35,477 bases of DNA from a virus. A program made the translations under genes and the position numbers. The notes beneath the pieces are model-generated. The model ran no database searches. It saw nothing but the letters and a program-made list of their open reading frames with translations, and was not told the DNA's origin. This document shows, piece by piece, positions 27,500 through 35,477 of the stretch (position 1 is the first letter of the stretch; each line of letters opens with the position of its first letter). The stretch lies in IMG/VR virus record IMGVR_UViG_3300045988_127269. One strand, written 5' to 3'.

Positions 27500-27795
27500 C
27501 TCTTAATTAAATAATCACATGTTACCATTTTATTTTGTATCAATTCGCACATAAAATCTTGTGCTGTTCTTTCATCTCTATATCTACAATTAGCATTTTT
27601 ATGTATTCTTGGATCTTCCTCTTCCCATTTTTCAATATCTATCATTACAGGACTTAAAAAAATATATTGTATTCCTTTTGAGAAACATAAATAATAACAA
27701 TTGTCATAAGGCTTTTTACACTTTTTAAAACCTACTTTTTCAAATTCGTTCATATCTACTATCGGAACTAACATCTCTAATCCCTCCCCAGCCAA
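27496..27795 (-). CDS. Hypothetical phage protein
   Basis: ORF and operon context. Confidence 0.5.
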   Translation of the reverse strand: MAGEGLEMLVPIVDMNEFEKVGFKKCKKPYDNCYYLCFSKGIQYIFLSPVMIDIEKWEEEDPRIHKNANCRYRDERTAQDFMCELIQNKMVTCDYLIKR

Positions 27796-27980
27796 TCTAA
27801 TGGTATTTCAATTTCTATACTTTTACCTGTTTTAATATCACACATTGTGCAATAACCTTTTACTATATGATTCCTATATGAATTTTTATTGAAGAATTGT
27901 TTATTACAATATGGACAACTATATACAACTTGTACATCTGTCAAAAGTTCTTTATAATCTATATTATTAAATTTTGGCAT
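27777..27980 (-). CDS. Small zinc-finger-like protein
   Basis: YSCPYCNKQFFNKNSYRNHIVKGYCTMC. Confidence 0.6.
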   Translation of the reverse strand: MPKFNNIDYKELLTDVQVVYSCPYCNKQFFNKNSYRNHIVKGYCTMCDIKTGKSIEIEIPLDWLGRD

Positions 27981-28082
27981 ATCTATTTTCCTTTCATTCT
28001 TCAGTATCTTTTGCTACAAACATCAAACACATAATTGCAATTCCTATAAATGTTCCTATGAATAAACCTAATAAAAATTTAA

Positions 28083-28505
28083 TCATTCGCTTTCCTCTTT
28101 CTTTTTCATTTTACTAATTTTTAGATCTTCTAAAACTCTTGTTTTATATATTCTAGTATCCCAGTTTTCTTTTAGCATTCTTATATTTTTTAATAATTGT
28201 GCTATATCGCCTGTTATTAGCTTATTGTTATATTTATCAGAAAACCCTTTTAATGTTGATATAAATTCAAGCTTGTCCTTTATTACTCTTCTTTCTTGTC
28301 TAACATCTCTTAATCTAACTGCCACCTTTGAAAGTTCAAAAGCATTTAATTTACTTAATTCTATTTCATGTAATAAATCGTCTTGCTCTAATTCTTTAAC
28401 TCTCAATTCATTTTTTAGATCTGAATTTGTCCTTTCTATGTATGTAAAAAAATAATTCATTTCTTTTGCAAAAGCTTCAACTTCATCTATATTATCTATT
28501 TTCAT
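28083..28505 (-). CDS. Hypothetical phage protein
   Basis: Coiled-coil ORF in operon. Confidence 0.5.
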   Translation of the reverse strand: MKIDNIDEVEAFAKEMNYFFTYIERTNSDLKNELRVKELEQDDLLHEIELSKLNAFELSKVAVRLRDVRQERRVIKDKLEFISTLKGFSDKYNNKLITGDIAQLLKNIRMLKENWDTRIYKTRVLEDLKISKMKKKEESE

Positions 28506-28632
28506 TCTTTGTCTCTTCCTCTCTTGTAATTTTTATTTCTAATGATTTTTTTATAAATTCTTCACAAGCTTCTTGCTGTGAATCTTTTATTTTGTTACAA
28601 AAAGGATATTTCCCACATTTTATACACTTCAT
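28492..28632 (-). CDS. Small CxxC protein (absent from ORF track)
   Basis: Manual translation MKCIKCGKYPFCNKIKDSQQEACEEFIKKSLEIKITREEETKNENR; overlaps next gene. Confidence 0.5.
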   Translation of the reverse strand: MKCIKCGKYPFCNKIKDSQQEACEEFIKKSLEIKITREEETKNENR

Positions 28633-28646
28633 AGGCTTTTTTCTCC

Positions 28647-28871
28647 TTAATTTATATATCCTATAATTACGTATCCCTTACTTTGTAAATTTTTTATTGT
28701 AGATAAGTCTAATCCATCAATTAAAAATATCTCTTTTTTATTGGTAGAAGGTAACGTATTTATAGTATTATTTTTTATGTGAATATATGGTTTTTGATAT
28801 AAAGAATATTTAGTAATAACTTTTAGCTTATATTTTTTTGCTAACTTAGATATTAAATATGTTTTTCCCAA
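28647..28871 (-). CDS. Mini P-loop NTPase-like protein; true start probably upstream of called TTG
   Basis: Frame reads VDYYGYRCLGKTYLISKLAKKYKLKVI across the called start, giving Walker A GYRCLGKT; later KEIFLIDGLD is Walker B-like. Confidence 0.45.
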   Translation of the reverse strand: MGKTYLISKLAKKYKLKVITKYSLYQKPYIHIKNNTINTLPSTNKKEIFLIDGLDLSTIKNLQSKGYVIIGYIN

Positions 28872-29015
28872 ACATCTATATCCATAATAATCAACAAAAT
28901 AACTATTTTTTCTCTTTATATTTTTCTTAAATAATCTCTTTTGTTTCCAAATTATTTCTATATACTCTCTTAACCTTCCGTTGCATTATGATTTTTATTA
29001 AATATTTCATTTTAT

Positions 29016-29435
29016 CTAATACTCCTCAATTTTTATATAAATTTTAGGTGTTCTACTATATTTCTTTTCAATTTCTAATTTTGTAACTTGTGTATCATCT
29101 TTAAAAGCAAATTTATTCATAGCATCTAATACTATTTTTATAATATTATCTGCATCAGGCTTTTTAGTTGGGCTTATAATATTTGCTAACATTTCCGCTT
29201 CTTTCTTTTTGCTTGTACTCTTTGGAATACCAAAGTAAGCTATAATTGTTACCTTTACTCTTGTTTCTATTGTTGTAAAGTTAGGATATTCTCTAATAAA
29301 CCATTGTCTTAAAAAATATTCATAGTTTTTAGTATTAGTTGGTGTATATGCTTTTCCTGTTCTTGTATTCATTCTAGGTCTTGCTTTTCCAACAATATCT
29401 CCTATCATTTCAAATTCATACATCATTTGTATCAC
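29016..29435 (-). CDS. rusA: RusA-family Holliday junction resolvase
   Basis: GKARPRMNTRTGKAYTP...KKPDADNIIKIVLDAMNKFAFKDDTQVTKLEIEKKY. Confidence 0.9.
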   Translation of the reverse strand: MIQMMYEFEMIGDIVGKARPRMNTRTGKAYTPTNTKNYEYFLRQWFIREYPNFTTIETRVKVTIIAYFGIPKSTSKKKEAEMLANIISPTKKPDADNIIKIVLDAMNKFAFKDDTQVTKLEIEKKYSRTPKIYIKIEEY

Positions 29436-29448
29436 CTCTTTATTTTTT

Positions 29449-29682
29449 CTACTCCGTTCTATCTAAATTTTCTAATACTTCAATAAATTCATCTGGATTA
29501 CAAGTCATTTTACAATAATCTATAAAAGAATCTGTCATATCACGATTTGGACTACTTGCTGTTTCCTCTGTTAACTTTCTTTCTTCTAGCCACCTCATAA
29601 TTATTCTTTCATTCAAACATGCTTTGTTTTCTGCTTCAGCGCATTCTTTTATTGCTTGTTTTATATTATCTGGTACTATCAT
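29449..29682 (-). CDS. Hypothetical phage protein
   Basis: ORF and operon context. Confidence 0.5.
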   Translation of the reverse strand: MIVPDNIKQAIKECAEAENKACLNERIIMRWLEERKLTEETASSPNRDMTDSFIDYCKMTCNPDEFIEVLENLDRTE

Positions 29683-29935
29683 CTATTTTACCTCCATACT
29701 TTTCTGTATCATTTCCATAAGAATTTCTTGTTTTTTCAATCCATTCTTCCATTGCTTTTTCAACATCATCTCGATTAGCATTAGAAACATACATCATTTG
29801 TGCTGTGTTTGGTGCAGCATTAAATTCAAATGCTAATACTACAAATCCAAATCCCTCTGGAAGTTCCTCTTTTACTTTTTTTGCAATTTGTTGCATTCTT
29901 TGTTTTGCTAATTCTTCTAATTTTTCTCTATCCAA
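29666..29935 (-). CDS. Hypothetical phage protein
   Basis: ORF and operon context. Confidence 0.5.
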   Translation of the reverse strand: MDREKLEELAKQRMQQIAKKVKEELPEGFGFVVLAFEFNAAPNTAQMMYVSNANRDDVEKAMEEWIEKTRNSYGNDTEKYGGKIDDSTR

Positions 29936-30353
29936 AATCTATTCCTCCTTCATAAACTTTTTCTCCAATTTTCAATTTGAATATCGGCTTTATATTATAG
30001 CTCTCTAGAAAAATAGTGAATCCTATTAAAGTTCTAGATTTATATTTTTTCATATATTCTTGATGCATCTTATAAGCCTCATTCTTTTGATAACCTTTGC
30101 TCATAATTAATTTTATAAATCTTTTCTTTTTCATTGTTTTAGGTGTTACAATTAACTCTAATTCTCCTGAAAATCCATTTTCTCCTACCTCTGCAAAAGC
30201 TACACATTTATTTTTTATTCCACCTTCAGCATATTTTGGATTTTTACTTTCCTCATCAATTAAATTTAATTCTGTTTTCCCTAGTGGTTTCATTTCTTCA
30301 TCTGAACCAACTATTGCATAAAATAGTGTACTTAGGTTACTATCTTCTCCCAT
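29928..30353 (-). CDS. Hypothetical phage early protein
   Basis: ORF and operon context. Confidence 0.55.
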   Translation of the reverse strand: MGEDSNLSTLFYAIVGSDEEMKPLGKTELNLIDEESKNPKYAEGGIKNKCVAFAEVGENGFSGELELIVTPKTMKKKRFIKLIMSKGYQKNEAYKMHQEYMKKYKSRTLIGFTIFLESYNIKPIFKLKIGEKVYEGGIDFG

Positions 30354-30641
30354 TTATTTCTCCTTTTCTAATTCCTTCAATGCTGGTTTTAAGCATTTAC
30401 TACATAATGCCAATCTTAGTTCTCCTCTTCTAGTAATTGTATGTGGTATTATTGCAATTCCTCCTGTCATTTCATGCCTCTTCTCTTTTATTCTTATTTC
30501 AGCTCCACAATAGTCGCATTTATAATAATCGTATGCCTTTTTCCTTTTTGCATTTACTACTGAATTTCCACTTTCTATTGTTTCCATTTTTTGATATATT
30601 GGAACTGTATTTCTATTAAACAATGAACTAAACATACTCAT
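30354..30641 (-). CDS. Hypothetical zinc-ribbon protein
   Basis: YYKCDYCGAEIRIKEKRHE...LALCSKCLKPAL. Confidence 0.6.
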   Translation of the reverse strand: MSMFSSLFNRNTVPIYQKMETIESGNSVVNAKRKKAYDYYKCDYCGAEIRIKEKRHEMTGGIAIIPHTITRRGELRLALCSKCLKPALKELEKEK

Positions 30642-31598
30642 ACTAAAGCCCCCATTTTGTATATTGTATTAACATCATATTGCGTACTTAACTCCGTTTG
30701 ATTCATTGCAGATAAAACACATTTCTTAAAATATTCCTTTGGTTTTTTTATTTCAGTTTGCGTGTTTGCTATTGCAAATTGTTTTAGTGCATATAATATT
30801 TTCTTTGAATTAAGTTTTTTTATTTTTTCTTTAGTTTTTAAGTCCATATACATTTCTTTTACTATTTCCTCAATTTCAATAGCAAGTGTAGGATCCAATA
30901 CATGTAATTCACAATTACTAATAACTCTCTCAAATTCTATCTCATCCGTCTTGTCCATCTTCAATTTTTCATTTTCTTGGAACACATGATTAGATGGATA
31001 GATAGATTTAATTTTATTTAATTTAATTTTATTTAATTTAATTTCATTTAATTTGCATATTTTTGCATACACTTTTTCCAATTTTGCATTGCATTTGTAT
31101 CTTTTTTGGTATGCACTTGCATTGCTTTTGCAATATTTTTTTATACTTTTGCATTTTTTTGCATTTTTCTCTTGCTTTGTATCTTTTTCTTGTTTTTCGT
31201 TTTTTTCTTTTTCTTTATTCCATCTTGCATTTGCCGCTTGTTTTCTTTTTTCTTTTAAGTCTTCGTATTTTTCCATTCTTCTAATAAAACTTTCCGACCA
31301 AAACATACCATCTTTAGAATTAAATAATCCATTTCCACTTTCACTATCTTTATACTCATTAATGCAATCATTTATATATTGTTCAACATTTATTGATGTT
31401 CCTGTTTGCATTTTTATTGCTCTATATGTATTTTTATTTAATGGCAATTTATATGTAGATTCATTTCTTAACATTTCTAATATTGCCCAATATAAACCAT
31501 AACCGTTCTAGTCCGTAATCACAACGCATTGAAAGTATTTTTGGATCTGTTAGTGCGTTAGAGTCATGGCTAAAATAATATGCATCTTTGTTTGCCAT
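30638..31598 (-). pseudogene. Lin1244/Lin1753-type phage replication protein, reading frame interrupted by one extra base near 31505
   Basis: MANKDAYYFSHDSNALTDPKILSMRCDYGLE (frame of 31461-31667) continues as GYGLYWAILEMLRNESTYKLPLNKN in the frame of 30638-31474 if one C (sense) at about 31505 is removed. Confidence 0.82.
31008..31052. repeat. Three tandem copies of a 15-bp AT-rich repeat (possible DUE/iterons)
   Basis: TTTAATTTTATTTAA x2 + TTTAATTTCATTTAA, inside the replication gene. Confidence 0.9.
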
Positions 31599-31747
31599 GT
31601 GCGATACTCCTTTCCTAATAACTTCAAAATCTCTTTTGTTTTTTCTATTTTCTTTTATGATATACAAACATTCTTTCTTGACTTATATTAGTATTTTTGA
31701 TAAAATGAAAATAGAAAGTATTTATCTAAATATCTTTTATGAATCAT

Positions 31748-31900
31748 CTATTTTTCGATTTGACTGTCGATAGATGGTTCATTTTTTATATTATCTTCAC
31801 AGATAAATAAAATTTCTTGTAATATTTCTCTTAATTCAGCCTCGTTATGAAATTCATCTATATCTGAAATAAGATCTTTAATTTCTTGATATCCATTCAT
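31748..31900 (-). CDS. Small hypothetical protein (absent from ORF track)
   Basis: Manual translation MNGYQEIKDLISDIDEFHNEAELREILQEILFICEDNIKNEPSIDSQIEK; GGGAGG RBS. Confidence 0.6.
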   Translation of the reverse strand: MNGYQEIKDLISDIDEFHNEAELREILQEILFICEDNIKNEPSIDSQIEK

Positions 31901-31901
31901 A

Positions 31902-31997
31902 TTATTTTCCTCCCTTCAATTGTTTTAATTTATATTTCATTTTTGCTAAAGTAATAATGTGCCATATATAACAATCATGTAATCTATCTTTTTCCAT
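31902..31997 (-). CDS. Small ORF MEKDRLHDCYIWHIITLAKMKYKLKQLKGGK
   Basis: GGAGAGGAAAAC RBS before ATG; abuts next small gene. Confidence 0.35.
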   Translation of the reverse strand: MEKDRLHDCYIWHIITLAKMKYKLKQLKGGK

Positions 31998-32220
31998 GTT
32001 TTCCTCTCCTTTTATTTTCTTCACTTTCTTCATAAATTGTTTCTATAACTAATACTACCAACAGTCCAAGAACTGGTATTAAATACTCTCCACCATAAGC
32101 TTGATAACCTCTTAATTTATTTGCATAATTAATTGATAATATTGTTAATATAATTGTTGCTATTATTACTAATAATTCAATTATTCTTACTATAAATTTC
32201 TTTTTATTAAATTTTTTCAT
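31984..32220 (-). CDS. Small two-TM membrane protein
   Basis: Hydrophobic segments IIELLVIIATIILTILSI and LIPVLGLLVVLVIETIY. Confidence 0.55.
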   Translation of the reverse strand: MKKFNKKKFIVRIIELLVIIATIILTILSINYANKLRGYQAYGGEYLIPVLGLLVVLVIETIYEESEENKRRGKHGKR

Positions 32221-32222
32221 TT

Positions 32223-32414
32223 TTATTCTTCTCCTTTTACTCTTTTTTTGCTATACCATTCTCTTATTGCACTACCTAAAGCAACTTTTTCTTTTCCGAA
32301 ATTTTCGCTTGGAAAGTCCTGTGAATTATAAATACTTAGTGCTGTTGGTACACTACAATTCCTTAATTTTGCAAATTCTGTTGGTGTATAAAAAACATCG
32401 TCTTTCAATTCCAT
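32223..32414 (-). CDS. Excisionase/HTH_17-like small DNA-binding protein
   Basis: FYTPTEFAKLRNCSVPTALSIYNSQDFPSENFGKEKVALGSAIREWY. Confidence 0.65.
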   Translation of the reverse strand: MELKDDVFYTPTEFAKLRNCSVPTALSIYNSQDFPSENFGKEKVALGSAIREWYSKKRVKGEE

Positions 32415-32485
32415 TTTTCTTTTCCTCCTTTGAATTTTGTGTGTAGTTCGGCATTTTTAAATTTTTTCATAAATATCATTCCTTT

Positions 32486-32731
32486 TTATTTTTGTTCGTT
32501 TTCTCGAACTGTTTCTGTAAAAAAATATTCTATTATCTTAATTAATGGTTCATCAAGAATTTTGCATATTTTTTTCATTTCTTCTCTTGAAAAATCAGTT
32601 TTATTATTAAGTTTATTACTTAATGTTGTTTCATTTATTCCTAATTTTTCTGCTAATTCTCTTCTACTTCCTATCTTCTCTACTATTTTTCCTTTAAGAA
32701 TAGAATAATCGTATATTGTATTCTCTTCCAT
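32486..32731 (-). CDS. Cro-like XRE regulator
   Basis: SILKGKIVEKIGSRRELAEKLGINETTLSNKLNNKTDFSREEMKKICKIL; divergent from CI gene. Confidence 0.88.
   Translation of the reverse strand: MEENTIYDYSILKGKIVEKIGSRRELAEKLGINETTLSNKLNNKTDFSREEMKKICKILDEPLIKIIEYFFTETVRENEQK
32494..32509. promoter_or_regulatory. Candidate second operator inside the 3' end of the Cro-like gene
   Basis: GTTCG-TTTTCT-CGAAC, same palindrome as 32759-32774. Confidence 0.55.
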
Positions 32732-32758
32732 CCTTTTTTCTCCTTTCTTGTCATTTTT

Positions 32759-32774
32759 GTTCGTGTTTCCGAAC
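32759..32774. promoter_or_regulatory. Candidate CI/Cro operator, intergenic
   Basis: Perfect inverted repeat GTTCG-TGTTTC-CGAAC between the divergent repressor genes. Confidence 0.7.
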
Positions 32775-32781
32775 TGACATT

Positions 32782-32810
32782 ATAATATATTACTGTTTTT
32801 GTTTTGTCAA
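32782..32810 (-). promoter_or_regulatory. Early leftward (Cro-side) promoter
   Basis: -35 TTGACA (comp. 32805-32810), 17 nt, -10 TATTAT (comp. 32782-32787). Confidence 0.65.
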
Positions 32811-32860
32811 TAGTTTTTTTGAAAAAAATTCGAGTTTCTTTATTTTTTTTTGGAAAACCA

Positions 32861-32889
32861 TTGTTTTTTTTGGTTTTTGTTGTTATAAT
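32861..32889 (+). promoter_or_regulatory. CI promoter
   Basis: -35 TTGTTT (32861-32866), 17 nt, -10 TATAAT (32884-32889), RBS GGAGGT at 32901. Confidence 0.65.
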
Positions 32890-32911
32890 GTATTTGCTAT
32901 GGAGGTAAATT

Positions 32912-33529
32912 ATGAAGAGTTCTTTTTCAAATAGATTAAAAGAAGCAATGAAAATAAGAAATATAAAACCTGCTGAATTGTCAAAAAAAAGTGGAATTTC
33001 AAAATCATCATTAAGTGAATATATGAAAGGTAAATATGAAGCAAAGCAAACAGCACTATACAATTTAGCTAAAGCTTTAGATATTAATGAGGTTTGGCTT
33101 ATGGGAGAAGATGTCCCTATGGATAGAAGTTTCGGAAGAACTAAAATTGCTGAAATTAATGTTATAAATCTTTCAACTAATGAAATTATTAAGAAAATAC
33201 CTTATGTATATAGAACAGATATCAAAGATGAGGATCCTAAAAATTATTTTGCAGTACAATCATCTGATAATTCTATGGCTCCGCTTCTTGATGTTGGAGA
33301 CATAGCAATAATAAAAAAATATAAAGAATTTTTTAATAAAAAAACCTACCTTTTAAAAATAAAAGGTGGTGCACCTATTATTCGTAAAGTTATTCAGTCA
33401 GATGACGGAAAAATAGAATTACAAGCAATGAATATGTGGAATTTTCCAATACAAGATAATTTAACTTTAAATGATATTGAAATTTTAGGAGAAGTTATAA
33501 AAGTAGAAAATAAAAGTGCTTTTAAATAG
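32912..33529 (+). CDS. CI-like repressor: XRE HTH + S24 peptidase domain
   Basis: RLKEAMKIRNIKPAELSKKSGISKSSLSEYMKGKYEA...; FAVQSSDNSMAPLLDVGDIAIIKK and TYLLKIKGGAPIIRKV (Ser/Lys S24-type motifs). Confidence 0.92.
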   Translation: MKSSFSNRLKEAMKIRNIKPAELSKKSGISKSSLSEYMKGKYEAKQTALYNLAKALDINEVWLMGEDVPMDRSFGRTKIAEINVINLSTNEIIKKIPYVYRTDIKDEDPKNYFAVQSSDNSMAPLLDVGDIAIIKKYKEFFNKKTYLLKIKGGAPIIRKVIQSDDGKIELQAMNMWNFPIQDNLTLNDIEILGEVIKVENKSAFK

Positions 33530-33542
33530 AATGGAGGTTTTT

Positions 33543-34133
33543 ATGTCAAAAAAATGTGATATTTGTAATTGCAAATTGGGATTATTCACCAAATTTAATA
33601 TTGTTAATGGTGTTGCCTGTTCAAATTGTATTCGTATTTCTAAATCTTATCAAACAAATACAATAGAAGAATTAAAAGAATTTTGGAATATAAATAATGA
33701 AAGGTTTTTAAAATTTAAACCAACAACAGTATTAAAAGGTTTAGGGATGACACCTGTTTCTATTGATATAGAAAATAAATTGTTTTTTGTTGGAAAACAA
33801 AATAATAAAAATCAAAATATTATATATTCATTTGATGAAATAAATAGCTATAATTTAGGAACTATTGGAGAAAAAACTATTACACAGAAAAAAGGAGTAG
33901 TTAGCAGAGCTGTCGTTGGAGATTTAATAGCTGGTCCAATTGGTGCTGCTATTGGAGCAAACACTGCCAAAGAAAAAACAAAAACCATAGGTGGAATTAA
34001 TGTTGTAAATATAACTTTTACAATACCGTCTGGTCAATATAACACAACAGTAGCCTATCCTCCAACTGGATTTACTGATTTTTTAGATAACTGTATTTTA
34101 GAAAAACAAAAGATTTTAATAAAAAAAGGATAA
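33543..34133 (+). CDS. DUF4428-like lysogeny-module protein
   Basis: MSKKCDICNCKLGLFTKFNIVNGVACSNCIRIS (zinc-ribbon) plus Gly/Ala-rich segment; GGAGG RBS. Confidence 0.65.
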   Translation: MSKKCDICNCKLGLFTKFNIVNGVACSNCIRISKSYQTNTIEELKEFWNINNERFLKFKPTTVLKGLGMTPVSIDIENKLFFVGKQNNKNQNIIYSFDEINSYNLGTIGEKTITQKKGVVSRAVVGDLIAGPIGAAIGANTAKEKTKTIGGINVVNITFTIPSGQYNTTVAYPPTGFTDFLDNCILEKQKILIKKG

Positions 34134-34195
34134 TGTGCCTGTTTTTGCCGAACTACACACATTATCCAAAGGTGTAAACACTTGAAAAAGTGATT

Positions 34196-34218
34196 ACTTT
34201 TGTATTATATACAAAAGT
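34196..34218. promoter_or_regulatory. Palindrome upstream of integrase
   Basis: ACTTTTGTAT-TAT-ATACAAAAGT perfect 10-bp inverted repeat. Confidence 0.5.
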
Positions 34219-34274
34219 CTCCATTTTTTCAAGTGTTACAATAAAAATATTTGAAAAATGGAGGTTTTTTATTT

Positions 34275-35477
34275 ATGGGAACAGCCAAAAAAAGAGGAAA
34301 TGGCGAAGGTACTATATTCAAAAGAGAAATAAATGGAAAAACTATGTGGGTTACAGAATATACTATTGCTATGTATGATACTAAAACCGGCAAAAGAAAA
34401 AGAAAAACCATATATGGAAAAACTAGACAAGAAGTAAAAAACAAATTAGAAAAAATAATAACAGAATTAAATACTGATACCTATGTTGACAAGTCAAAGG
34501 TAACTTTTTATAGTATTGCAAAAGAATTTATTGATAATGGTTATAAAATGAATAAATTAAAAGAATCATCGTATTCTCGTAAATTGCATACATTAAAAAA
34601 TATATCTTCTCATTATATGGCAAATATGGAACTGCAAAAAATTACAGAAAATGATTTAAAAGACTTCTTCGTATATATTACAAAATATTCTGATTCTGTA
34701 ATTGCTAAAATATATGGTATTGTTAATAATACATTTAAAATAGCTGTAAGGCGTAACATATTGCGTTATAACTTTTTAGATGATCAATTAGAATTTGAGA
34801 TACCTTTGTCAAAGAAATTTAATAATAAATCAAAGACAGTTTCAGCATTCACAATTGAAGAACAAAAACAACTCATTGAAACCTTACGAGATGCAAAGTT
34901 TAGATATAAATATCAGATTTTTTTAAGTTTATATACTGGTATGAGAATGGGAGAAATAAATGCATTAGATATAAATGATCTTGATTTTGAAAATAAAATA
35001 ATTCATGTTAGAAGAACAATAACTCGTACATTTGATGATAGAGCAACAATAGGTTCATATACAAAAACAGTAAATGGAATTAGAAATTTAATGATGGATT
35101 CTTTTGTTGAGAAATTACTTAAAGAATATCTAGCATCAGAATATTATACAGAAAATGATTATAATCTTCTTTTTTGTAACTCATATAAACACTGTATCAG
35201 TACAGATACAGTTAATATGATGTTCAAGTATTTTTGCAAAGAAAATAATATAGGTAAAGGTTATGATGTTCATCAACACATGTTGCGTCATACATTCGCA
35301 ACTAGATGTATTGAAGCAGGAATGCCTGCTGCAGTTTTAGCAAAAATTATGGGACACGCAAATGTTGCAACTACTTTAAATGTATATTGTGAAGTATTTG
35401 ACAAATTTAAAAAAGAACATCTTGATATGTCCTTTGAGTACCTTCAAAAACAAGGACTTACAATTGATTTTAAATAA
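34275..35477 (+). CDS. int: Tyrosine-type phage integrase
   Basis: N-term AP2-like/SAM-like region, FLSLYTGMRMGEINAL, HQHMLRHTFATRCIEAGM, KIMGHANVATTLNVYCEV catalytic R-H-x-R...Y motifs; start ATG 34275 after TGGAGG. Confidence 0.95.
   Translation: MGTAKKRGNGEGTIFKREINGKTMWVTEYTIAMYDTKTGKRKRKTIYGKTRQEVKNKLEKIITELNTDTYVDKSKVTFYSIAKEFIDNGYKMNKLKESSYSRKLHTLKNISSHYMANMELQKITENDLKDFFVYITKYSDSVIAKIYGIVNNTFKIAVRRNILRYNFLDDQLEFEIPLSKKFNNKSKTVSAFTIEEQKQLIETLRDAKFRYKYQIFLSLYTGMRMGEINALDINDLDFENKIIHVRRTITRTFDDRATIGSYTKTVNGIRNLMMDSFVEKLLKEYLASEYYTENDYNLLFCNSYKHCISTDTVNMMFKYFCKENNIGKGYDVHQHMLRHTFATRCIEAGMPAAVLAKIMGHANVATTLNVYCEVFDKFKKEHLDMSFEYLQKQGLTIDFK

Noticed and set aside
1-35477. CRISPR arrays, tRNA or rRNA genes, IS elements, a second VR
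   Set aside because: No regularly spaced direct repeats, tRNA-like segments or transposases were seen. The invariant TR block CGGTGTTCGTCCTG was noticed only at the TR and VR, but a computational search should confirm this.

Overview
The window is a near-complete, very AT-rich temperate siphophage/prophage, probably of a Clostridia-like Firmicute host. Most genes are on the minus strand. Reading from high to low coordinates they run: Cro-like regulator, early genes, replication protein, RusA, ParB and C5 methyltransferase, terminase, portal, HK97-type protease and capsid, head-tail connectors, tail tube, tape measure, Dit/tail proteins, tail-tip proteins, holin-like protein, GH25 lysin. The plus-strand module is CI/S24 repressor, DUF4428-like protein and tyrosine integrase. 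A small HTH gene and a stand-alone MutS domain I-like gene lie at the left edge. The main discovery is a complete diversity-generating retroelement (DGR) on the minus strand at about 3113-5999. It has a tail-tip variable protein with a C-terminal VR (5151-5245), a DNA hairpin just downstream of VR, an Avd-like protein, a TR (4381-4475) and a DGR-type reverse transcriptase. TR and VR are 95 bp each and differ at 19 positions. All 19 are adenines in the sense-strand TR, which is the signature of adenine-specific mutagenic retrohoming. Further findings: a -1 programmed frameshift site (A_AAA_AAC directly before TAA) giving an extended tail chaperone; a one-base disruption in the Lin1244-type replication gene; palindromic CI/Cro operator candidates; an HNH + P-loop kinase fusion in the terminase module; a candidate cos region; 123-bp tandem repeats in the tape measure gene; and a MutS domain I-like ORF that has lost the Glu of the Phe-X-Glu motif. 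All calls are from reading the sequence. No database searches were run.
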